Shown: one piece after another, positions 53,564 to 64,000 of the stretch
How positions within the stretch are numbered: position 1 is the first letter of the stretch
Layout of the letters: every line of letters starts with the position of its first letter
The notes under the pieces: model-generated
Seen by the model: the letters and a program-made list of their open reading frames with translations, nothing else
Database searches by the model: none
Told to the model about the DNA's origin: nothing
Translations under genes and position numbers: made by a program
DNA from: Octopus sinensis
Taxonomy: Eukaryota
Direction of reading: 5' to 3'
Length of the DNA stretch: 64,000 nucleotides
NCBI RefSeq assembly: GCF_006345805.1
Contig: NC_043011.1
Span: forward strand, 57,672,464 to 57,736,463

Positions 53564-54148
53564 GGCAGGGAGCTGGCAGAACCGCTAGCACGCCGGGCGA
53601 AATGCTTTGCGGTATTTCGTCTGCGTTACGTTGTGAGTTCAAATTCCGCCGAGGTCCACTTTGCCTTTCATCCTTTCGGGGTCGATAAATTAAGTACCAG
53701 TTATGCACTGGGGTCGATGTAATCGACTTAATCCGTTTGTCTGTCCTTGTTTGTCCCCTCTGTGTTTAGCCCCTTGTGGGTAATAAAGAAATAGGTATTT
53801 CGTCTGCCGCTACGTTCTGAGTTCAAATTCCGCCGAGGTCGACTTTGCCTTTCATCCTTTCGGGGTCGATAAATTAAGTACAAGTTATGCACTGGGGTCG
53901 ATGTAATCGACTTAATCCGTTTGTCTGTCCTTGTTTGTCCCCTCTGTGTTTAGCCCTTTGTGGGTAATAAAGAAATAGGTATTTCGTCTGCCGCTACGTT
54001 CTGAGTTCAAATTCCGCCGAGGTCGACTTTGCCTTTCATCCTTTCGGGATCGATAAATTAAGTACCAGTTACACACTGGGGTTGATATAATCGACTTAAT
54101 CCGTTTGTCTGTCTTTGTTTGTCCTCTCTGTGGGTAGTAAAGAAACAG
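53564..54148 (+). mobile_element. SINE family A concatemer: one head plus 3 body units, period 183-184 bp
   Basis: Unit starts ggtatttcgtctg at 53611, 53794 and 53978. Confidence 0.92.
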
Positions 54149-54828
54149 GTCGCGTAACTTAGCGGTTCAGCAAAAGAGAAGATAGAATTACGTACCAAAT
54201 TTGAAAAATAATAACTGGGGTCGGTTCGGTCGCCTAAATCCTTCGAGGTGCTGCCCCAGTATGGCTGCCGTTCGAAGACCGAAACAAGTAAAAATTAAAA
54301 GAGAAAACCAGTTGCTCTTCTCTACGACATGTAAGACACGTAGAGAAGATGGAAGAGGGAAAGTTTTAATGAAGGAAGATAAAACATAATTAAGTCTCAT
54401 TATAAACCATTTGGAATATTTCTAATCGGAATAATTAGACAAAACGTTCTGAGTGCCAACACGAATAACATTGAAATTAGTTGCAGAATTGTGTTCCATA
54501 ATGGCAAAAGGAAGAACGGACATGTTTAGAAGACGAATGAAAATGAATCTAAGAAAACAAAAGTGTGTGAAAATAATTTCTCCCTCAGAAATCGAATACT
54601 TGAACATAAGAGTCAAAATTGCATTTAAACTGACAAGGAAATGCAATAATGACTACACCTGAATTTCTTCTAATATTAATTCAAGAGAAAATATTAACAC
54701 GTAAACACACAGACACACAGACACACTAAGACACGCACACACTAAGACACACACACTAAGACACACACACACACACACACTCACACACACACACACCACA
54801 CACACACACACACCACACACACACCACA

Positions 54829-54885
<57 letters not shown>

Positions 54886-54895
54886 CAACATCAGT

Positions 54896-55290
54896 GGAGG
54901 CGCAATGGCCCAGTGGTTAGGGAAGCGGACTCGCGATCGGAGGATCGCGGTTTCGATTCCCAGATCGGGCGTTGTGTGTCTTTATTGAACGAAAACACCT
55001 AAAGCTCCACGAGGCTCCGGCAGGGGTTGTTGGCGACCCCTGTTGTACCCTTCGCTCCAACTTTCTCTCACTCTTTCTTCCTGTTTCTTGTCCCCGACTT
55101 CCTATGCAACCACTGAGCCTGGATGCACATTCATCCATCCGTCGATGCTCTCGGTGTCGGGGGTTGACCTGCTTTCTCTTCTGCGGGTATTACGGATAGC
55201 AAAGGACCACGTTTCGGACTTCTCCCAATAATGGGACGAAGACAGCTTCGCTCAACAGCAACAGCAACAGCCAGCAACAACAACAACAAC
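54896..55290 (+). mobile_element. tRNA-derived SINE (family D) with (CAA)n tail
   Basis: A box tggcccagtgg and B box ggtttcgattccc in a tRNA-like head, about 300-bp body, (cag/caa)n tail. Confidence 0.75.
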
Positions 55291-55543
55291 ACACCTATAC
55301 ACACGCACAGAAGATTAGTGGGAGAACTGGAGTTTCCACAGTTGCCCCAGTCTTGATTTTACTACAATTAACTCTACTTCATGCATTTCCATGTAATTAG
55401 TAACTTTTGCCTTTCTTTCCAAACACTCACACACACACACACAGACGTACAAAGATATATAAGATACAATTACATCTATACATACATATATCTACCCTCA
55501 CTTATATAATGCACACACATATACATATACAATCACGTATATA

Positions 55544-55777
55544 TATATATTAGAAGAAATGAGGTAATCAGAAGATCGGATGGTTTATATTTACAGATAT
55601 TTATTTATATATTACATTTTTTACATATATATCACTAGAATGGGAGAAGGCGCTAATAATCCGAATGATATGATCTGAATGATATGATATATATATGTAA
55701 AAAATGTAATATATAAATAAATATCTGTAAATATAAACCATCCGATCTTCTGATTACCTCATTTCTTCTAATATATA
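55544..55777. repeat. Perfect 89-bp inverted repeat with 56-nt spacer (foldback/MITE-like)
   Basis: 55544-55632 is the exact reverse complement of 55689-55777, checked base by base. Confidence 0.97.
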
Positions 55778-55992
55778 ATACCTGTACATCATCTCCAAAC
55801 CTTCCAATATATATATAATATATATATATATATTATATATATATATATATCTGTCTGTCTATCTGTCTATATTTTTTTTCTATTTTTACGATCCATTTTA
55901 ATCGAAAACCTCCTCCCCCATTTTGTCTTTTTCTTTCTTTTTTTTTCTCCCCCAAAAGAAAAGTTCTACTTTGTAATTTGTCCCCTCTGTGT

Positions 55993-56163
<171 letters not shown>

Positions 56164-56184
56164 GTCTGTCTGTCTGTCCGTCTG

Positions 56185-56240
<56 letters not shown>

Positions 56241-56244
56241 ATAT

Positions 56245-56304
<60 letters not shown>

Positions 56305-56713
56305 ATATATATACGTAACATATGGTATAATTATAAACAGGGCAAATTTTAGCCATTTCTCTGCAGACTGAAAAATGACGAACAACCTTAATCGATTTTC
56401 GGACATTATTGGATTCTCATCAGACTCATCCACAACACTTTGACAATCTCCAGAGAAACAGGCAACCAAACTGTTTATATACTCAACAAATGCAGCAGTT
56501 ACTCATATTTATGTATATACACACATACACATACACTCACATACACACACAGGCACACACATACGCACACACACACATATACTGATTTCAAACTTTGGCA
56601 CAAGGCCAGCATATTTAGAGGATAGGGTAAATCGATCACATCAATCCCAGGGCTGTACTGGTTCTTATTTTATCGATCTCCAAAAGATGAAAGACTAAGT
56701 CGACCTCGACAGA

Positions 56714-57071
56714 ATGCGGCCATGCTGGAGCACCGCCTATAGTCGAACAAATCGACCCCAGGACTTATTCTTTGAAAGCCTAGTTCTTATTCTATCGGTT
56801 TTTTGCGGAACCACTGAGTTACGGGGACGTAAACACACCAGCATCGGTTGTCAAGCGATGGTGGTGGTACAAACACAGACACACAAGCATATACATATAA
56901 TATATACGACGGGTTCATTTCAGTTTCTGTCTACTAAATCCACTCATAAGGCTTTGGTCGGCCCGAGGCTATTGTTAGAAGACACTTTCCCAAATTGCCA
57001 CGCAGTGGGACTGAACCCGGAACCATGTGGTTGGTAAGGAAGCTATTTACCACACAGCAACTCCTGTGCCT
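56714..57071 (-). mobile_element. SINE family B
   Basis: Reverse-complement homolog of 14189-14590, more diverged. Confidence 0.8.
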
Positions 57072-57528
57072 ATTGTTCATAATTGCTATAATCAAATGAA
57101 GGTGGTCATCAGTGAACGTAAGGTGAGTTTTTATATGATCCCTAGGCATCAAAAGACAAACCAATGAGTTCCCTATGCTGCAGGGTCAGCGGCTGATAGC
57201 TAGGAGGAAGAATACTGGGATGTCGAAACCCTAATAGCAAAGGAATTAGTGGATGGCCTTCTCGTTGAAACAGGGACGAAAAAACTAGATGAGCAAGAAA
57301 TCAATGTAGAAAGCTAAAACAAAGATTACAGAAAAATCGCAGACTGTATCTTCATGTCTGAGGCTATTTAGAATGACAAAAACCACGTTTTGTTCAAATT
57401 CTCCTGGTGCTTATTTCAAGAAATTCACAATTGACTTAACCCCCTTCGCCCACCTGAAGAGTAAAATCCCGATATTGCAGAGACCGATCCACTATTCTCA
57501 ACACTTGGCCCAATATTTTCAACAGTAG

Positions 57529-57595
<67 letters not shown>

Positions 57596-57822
57596 ATCAT
57601 CCAGCAGATGTTATCTTAATTACTTATTGAAGAATATAAGATATCGACAGGAACCAAAGTGTTAGCCTTCATTCATTATCTTTTTCTTTTGATCCAATTT
57701 CTTCTTATAAAATGTGTTTCTCCTTTACGAATTCCATAGCTTCTTACACACACGCACGCGTATTTCTCTCTCTCAACTATATCTTTACTTATATCTATTA
57801 TTATTATTATTATTATTATTAC

Positions 57823-57856
<34 letters not shown>

Positions 57857-58469
57857 GTTATTATTATTATTATTATTATTATTAACAGTGGATACCATTT
57901 TAGCTGTTGTTGGTTGTGGTGATGATGGTGATGGTATCACTTATTTTTTAAAATTTTTACTCGACGGCACCAGACATCATTTGGAAAGATCGTGAGTGTC
58001 TGAAGAAATATTGGATAATGCATTCCAGATATTTTTGCGTCGTGTTTGTTTGGACCCGTTACTTAATGAGATGAGAAGTATTTTTCTGTGTGCGAGGAAG
58101 AAAAAATATATTTTGAAACAAATATTTTTATGCTGTCAGAAGGTTTTGAAAATGGTTTGGGAATATGGCGTCTAATAAGTAAATGGTTTTAAAGGAATAA
58201 CAACATATACCCCCATCACAGATTGAAAAAATGTAGACGGCAAAAGTTTGTCTGCTAACAAGTCTGCTTCACAACCACACGGTTTCTGGTTCAATCTCAC
58301 TACGTGGTACCTTAAGCAAGTGTTTCTTCTATAGCCTCAGATTGACAAAAAATCCTGCCAATGGAGTTCATAGAAAGAAACTGAAAGAAGCCTGAGTATG
58401 TATGTATGTGTGTATGTATGTATGTGTGTGTGTGTGTATATACATGTGTGTGTGTGTGTGTGTGTGTGT

Positions 58470-58630
58470 AGCTGAAATTTATGGAAAAACAACAGACGAA
58501 GACAGCGAGTGTATTAGTTTGACGTTCGAAAAAATGAAAAAGTGTTTTATATTTCGAGCCTAGGCTCTTCAGCAGAACGAAAAAAGAGAAAATAGATAGA
58601 AGGAGAATGAGAAAAAAATTTGTAGATTAT
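58470..58630 (-). mobile_element. Penelope-like tail fragment (family P1)
   Basis: Homolog of 352-545, more diverged. Confidence 0.55.
58545..58578 (-). ncRNA. Minimal hammerhead-like motif (CUGCUGA core, AUAU stem III)
   Basis: UU-CUGCUGA-A-GAGC-CUAG-GCUC-GAAA-U-AUA-AA. Confidence 0.4.
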
Positions 58631-58914
58631 GTATCTAAGTGTGTGTGTCTTTGTGACTGTGTTTGTATCCCGCTACAGCTTCACAACTACTGCGGATGTG
58701 TTTGCGTCCACGTAACATCAGGGTTCGCCAAAAGATTACGGTAGATTAAGGGGCTGGATTAAATATACTGGCTTCCATTCGTTTCCACTAAAATTCTTCG
58801 AGGCGATACTCCAGCATGACCGCAGTCTGATCACATCCTAGGTCACGCTCCCTAGGAACTACGTCAAGAGGTCGCATGTCTGAGCAGTACTCAGCCACTT
58901 TTCTGTTATCCTTT

Positions 58915-59100
58915 TGCTCTTTTACTTGTTTTAGTCACTTCATACGGCCATGCTGGAGCACTGCCGTTAGTCGAGCAAATCGACCCCACTACTTATTCTT
59001 TGTAAGCCTAGTACTTGTTCTATCGGTCACTTTTGCCGAACCGCTAAATTACGGGGACAACCAACATCGGTTGTCAAGCGATGGTGGGGGACAAATAGAC
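58915..59100 (-). mobile_element. SINE family B 3' half
   Basis: tttacttgttttagtcac...ccgaaccgctaa...ttgtcaagcgatgg matches the family B tail. Confidence 0.75.
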
Positions 59101-59132
59101 ACACACACACTCACACACACATATATATGTGT

Positions 59133-59169
<37 letters not shown>

Positions 59170-59661
59170 TGGGTGCGCTCGTGTGTGTGTGTGTATGTGT
59201 GTATACATATATAAATATATTCATGGTGACTAGATTCAAGTATCCTCGAAACTTGTAGGATAAGCGGCCATTCATCGTGACGTGTTTCTACCACAATAGG
59301 CGTCATCATATACATACATATATGTATGTATATGTATGTGTATGCATGTGTATATGCGCGCGCGTGTGTGTGTGTGTAATAATACTAACAATAATCCTTG
59401 GATGGAATTTATAATGAACAGTCTGTATTCCTGGGATGATTACAGTGTAGTCCGTAGTATCCACGGGCATTGAGTGAACAGTCTCAAGTGTAACCGCCCG
59501 AAACTGTAAGGACATCTCGTAACTTGACTGACGAAAGAAGGCCACGAATGAAACGTCCTTTTTTTTCCTGTCCCACTAATTGTTGTTTTTCCTGTCCGCA
59601 TTTGTATCTATCTGTCTATCTGTCCGGAGATTTTATTGTCCTCTTTTGCGTTTTTGTTCCG

Positions 59662-59698
<37 letters not shown>

Positions 59699-59705
59699 GC
59701 ACAAA

Positions 59706-59870
59706 TACTTATTTCTTTATTGCCCACAAGGGGCTAAACATAGAGGGGACAAACAAGGAGAGACAAACGGATTAAGTCGATTACATCGACCGCCTCGGAA
59801 TTTGAACTCAGAACGTTGCGGCAGACGAAATATTGCTAAGCATTTCGCCCGGCGTGCTAACGTTTCCGCC
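59706..59870 (-). mobile_element. SINE family A with internal deletion
   Basis: Head and tail present; the central ~60 bp between tcgacc microrepeats is missing. Confidence 0.78.
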
Positions 59871-60507
59871 AGAAGTAGCGCTATGTCAGTTTGCTCCGCT
59901 ACAGATAATATATAGTTCAGAAAATGTTGATCATTTTAAGATTTTGTTGCACATAGTGTATTCTTTATAGTTTTAACGTCTGCGTTATTTTCGGTACATG
60001 TCCAGTGACCTGAAGGCAGAAGTGTATATCCAAGCAAGAGAAGTTGAATTGTTGAAACCTTTCCATATCTCGTACCATTCGCAGGTATCTGATATTGAAA
60101 TATTCTCACACTTTTGTCTCTGGCCTGGCGGCTCCTTCTCTCCTCGGGTGGTATATAGAAACCAACGCATTACTCATTGTACGGTATCATCCTTCAGCAA
60201 AACTACTAGTTCGGGAAACACAAAACTCTGACAGTCAACACCTCGAATCAGCTTGTAAACGTGGTGAGCAGGCTGGGCAGTAGAATCACAGATGATAGCT
60301 GTCTGGAGGCAAATGCACATACACACACACCACACACACACACATACACACACACACATACATACGCATTCAGGTGTATATATATATATATATATATATA
60401 CATATACACACACAGCTACAGCCTCGGCTTGAAAGTTATAATAGGATATGTGTACACGCGCAAACATACGTAAAGATATGCATACATATATTCATATATA
60501 CCTATTT

Positions 60508-60735
60508 CTTTATTACCCACAAGGGGCTAAACACAGAGGGGACAAACAAGGACAGACAAACGAATTAAGTCGATTACATCGACCCCAGTGCGTAACTGGT
60601 ACTTAATTTATCAACCCCGAAAGGAGGAAAGGCAAAGTCGACCTCGGCAGAATTTGAACTCAGAACGTAACCGCAGGCGAAATACGCCTACGCAGTGCGC
60701 CCAGCGTGCTAACGGTTCTGACAGCTCGCCGCCTT
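60508..60735 (-). mobile_element. SINE family A
   Basis: Reverse-complement homolog of 30241-30470. Confidence 0.82.
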
Positions 60736-61203
60736 TATACACACATATATATATATATATGTGTGTATACACACACATACACATAGAGTATATTCACACA
60801 ATGCGGTGGTGATCAAAATAGTGAAGCGCACTTAGACTTTTAACACTGTCTCGCACCAGCACAAACTCCCTCACCAAGATATTGCAACCTTTGGCCCACA
60901 AACATATTGTTTCCTATTCCCCAATTGTATCAATGCTATAAAAGCTTCCTCTCCTCCGAAAATAGTTAATTTTATACCACCTACACTAAATCTCTTGTCA
61001 TCCCTACTGTGTATTCATCTTCCCCTCCAAGTACAAACATCTAAACCAAGGAATGGCAACTTTACCTCAACTGGGGACCGCATCGTACTATTTCCAAGTG
61101 GGAGAGGGCCGCATGATAAAACGCATGCGCATGAAATATTACTTGCCCACTTTACACTAAATCTTTTGTAGTTCTTCTTAATTATATTTGCCTTTGTATG
61201 AAA

Positions 61204-61434
61204 AGGCGGCGAGCTAGCAGAAACGTTAGCACGCCGGGCGAAATGTGTAGCCGTATTTCGTCTGCCGTAACGTTCTGAGTTCAAATTCCGCCGAGGTCGA
61301 CTTTGCTTTCATCCTTTAGAGATCGAGAAAATTAAGTACCAGTTATGCATTGGGTCGATGTAATCGACTTAATCCGTTTGTCTGTCTTTGTTTGTACCCT
61401 ATATGTTTAGTCCCTTGTGGGTAATAAAGAAACA
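61204..61434 (+). mobile_element. SINE family A with about 21-bp TSD
   Basis: tatatttg(c/t)ctttgtatgaaa at 61183-61203 and 61435-61455. Confidence 0.88.
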
Positions 61435-62184
61435 TATATTTGTCTTTGTATGAAATGTTATTTGTCTTCGTATGAAATTAGTAACCTAGGAACTCATCGA
61501 CGGCCACACAATGACATGTCGAGGGTCGCATGTTGCCCATGCATGCTCTGAACACATTCCTTCTTTTACAGATCTTCACCATTCAATGAAATTTTTTAAC
61601 CACAAATGTTTTTTTTCCGAATAAGTTAATTCTTTCACCCTGTTCACATAATCATACACGCCTCAGTTTACTTAGCTGTCAGGAATTTTTCAAAATGTAG
61701 ACGTGGGTTCTGCACATTTAGGAACAACTGTTTAAAGGTTCCACAACAAAATAACCTTGGAAAACATTGAGGTAACGCATTAGGGTTACAATCAATTAAT
61801 GTCAGGAATTTTTCAGAATATTACAAGAACATTTCTTGAAACGTTGTGACATCTTATCCACAAAAATAAATAATGAAGTGTTAATAAACATAAAATGATG
61901 AGCATGACATCTATTATCAAGGAGATGACTCAAAATCAAAAGCCTAAAATAGGGTCATGCAATATTTTCTAAAGGGGGTTCTGAGAAACCCTTGATATTC
62001 ATTTTTTTTAAAATCTGGATTTCGGTAATAAAATTTAATGAAAATTTAAAAAGGAAAGATAATGGTATTCGCTATTTCAAAATAAATTGAATAATTTCTT
62101 TCCCCACAATAATCTTTATTTTATTTAATGTTTTATTAGAATTAGAGCTATTTTGATGGGTGCCTGCAAAATGTAGACGTGAGC

Positions 62185-62383
62185 CGAGTCAAGTGCTTGT
62201 GATGGCGTGCGCGAGTCAAGTGCTTGTGATGGCGTGCGCGAGTCAAGTGCTTGTGATGGCGTGCGCGAGTCAAGTGCTTGTGATGGCGTGCGCGAGTCAA
62301 GTGCTTGTGATGGTGTGCGCGAGTCAAGTGCTTGTGATGGTGTGCGCGAGTCAAGTGCTTGTGATGGCGTACGCGAGTCAAGT
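62185..62383 (+). repeat. 27-bp GC-rich minisatellite, 7.4 copies
   Basis: Unit cgagtcaagtgcttgtgatggcgtgcg at 62185, 62212, 62239, 62266, 62293, 62320, 62347 and partial at 62374. Confidence 0.97.
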
Positions 62384-63310
62384 ACAGTGAAAGTGATTCA
62401 GAAAAAAGTTATAATGATAATATTTTTGGACTTTTGTCGTTATCGTCACTGCATGGCGAAATCTTAAAAAAAAAACTCTGTGGATGAACGGAGACCATCA
62501 GGTGCGAGACAGCACTTGTGAGTTTTGGGAGGAGCACTAAAATTGTTAAATGCTTGAAAATCATCGATATAGTTGTGACACCTGCTTTTTTCTTACTGTA
62601 TACCTGTATTCTAACGTTTTTATTTAGACTTTGAACCCGGATCCATACGGTTGGGAAACTGTCTTCTTACCACCCAGCCACGCCTTAATAGAAAAACTAT
62701 AAAAGATAATCGAACCAGATTATCTTTAGCCTATTTCAACGTTCCTTTGTTGAAATAAATCAAATATACGAAATTGGTTTAATTCCAAATAGCATAAATT
62801 CTTTGATTTACGAGATTAAAGTAATTGGTTGATCGTAATCAAAATTCAGAGTCGCATCGATACACCAAAACTGAAAGTAATTAGAGCAAAATTAAAGGGG
62901 GATGATCCAGTCCTAATATGTCTGACATTTAAAAGTAGGTGTAATGTGCAGGACAGGGCTGGCTGTGATGACTATCTTCAGAACGTTATTTGTGGTGGCT
63001 TTGTATGGAGGCTTGTTAACTACAAGACTATCCATACACAATCTTCTGTGCGAGGGCTGAAGAAAAAGGGTTCTTTGACTATTGCTATTTGTCATACCTT
63101 TGCATATCACCTGTTTTTATGAAAGTAGATATATGTGCTGTCCTTCTTTGGTGAGTGTGTGTAAACCTGCCTGATACATTCAATGTTGGCTAAAACCTAC
63201 AGATATATATATATATATATATATATATACTAAAGTAGTATAAGTATGTAAATTGAAACTAAACACTGTTAATACACCTGTAATTTATTAATTGAATTAG
63301 CTGTAAAGAA

Positions 63311-63364
63311 TGTGTTACATACACAGTTTGTGTTACATACACAGTTTGTGTTACATACACAGTT
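63311..63364 (+). repeat. 18-bp tandem repeat, 3 copies
   Basis: tgtgttacatacacagtt three times. Confidence 0.9.
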
Positions 63365-64000
63365 ACTTAATCTTTTAGTAATATTGGGTTTATAAGAAGT
63401 GTCTTAATGGATAGTTAAATGGGGTACTCAGTTGCAACGGTGAGGGTCTATCAATACAGAACATACACAGAGTGCTACTTAATAAATCTTAAATGAACTT
63501 TAATGAAAATTTTATTTTATAAGTTATTGCATTCGTGACTAAAAGTTTGTTCATTTTTTCTAGTTAGCTTTTATGATGATAGCTTCACTTGGATGACAAC
63601 AACGGATTATTATGTTGTATCACAATTTCTAGTTTTAGTGGTTTAGTACCATATATTTCTGTACCATGTCCGTACTTAGTGTAATGTATCTCTGCCTTAT
63701 ATTCATATTTACTTTACAGTTAAATAGGGAGTGTGTTTAAGTGAGTGTATATACTTGTTTAGACAAGAAAGTCATATACCATCATCATCATCATCATCAT
63801 CATAGTTTAATGTCTATTTTCCATGCTGGCATGGGTTGGACAGTTTGACAGGCGCTGGGGAGCTGGGGAGCTGTCCAGAAATTAATGCATTCATATTCAA
63901 TAAAACCAAGTCAATTATTGGGTTTTTTTTTATCCACTCTGATCATAAACAGCCATTAACGACAGGGATGATGTTTGAACAATAATTGATATGGCTACAG

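Noticed and set aside
54896-54970. tRNA gene
   Set aside because: A and B boxes are present, but there is no clean acceptor stem and it continues into a SINE body and tail; the same applies to the other SINE heads.
57101-57128. Strong donor AAG/gtgagt at 57123
   Set aside because: No convincing upstream acceptor; it sits next to a SINE head.
59526-59555. + strand CTGACGA...GAAACGTC hammerhead candidate
   Set aside because: Stem II and stem I do not pair; at best a decayed relic.
62148-62467. Repetitive ORFs (TRARHHKHL, ACASQVLVM, VRESSACDG) and a CRISPR-like appearance
   Set aside because: Pure 27-bp tandem repeat with no spacers; the period of 27 explains the open frames; eukaryotic context with no cas genes.

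Overview
AT-rich, microsatellite-saturated eukaryotic DNA that reads as intronic or intergenic. The repeat landscape (several tRNA-headed SINE families, RTE, R4/Dong and Penelope-like remnants, mariner, dense (TA)n/(TATC)n/(CA)n/(TAA)n) most resembles an octopus or other coleoid cephalopod genome; this is inferred, not database-checked. No intact host gene is visible, and almost all ORF-track entries are microsatellite or SINE read-through artefacts. Supported features: a full-length but frameshifted DD34D mariner with 27-bp TIRs, a young 5'-truncated R4/Dong-type LINE in (TAA)n, a ~1.35-kb tandem duplication of a SINE/LINE nest, RTE reverse-transcriptase fossils, two Helitron/Helentron-like non-autonomous elements, several MITEs and many SINEs. 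Two + strand exon candidates (39239-39283, 50139-50249) suggest a large-intron host gene. The main hunt result is a set of minimal hammerhead-ribozyme folds in dispersed Penelope-like tails, nearly all on the - strand. They include a well-paired copy with a swapped G3-C8 core (3251-3301) and a four-copy family with U or C instead of the conserved A6. Also notable: a perfect 89-bp inverted repeat, and two independent SINE concatemers sharing the same palindromic junction.
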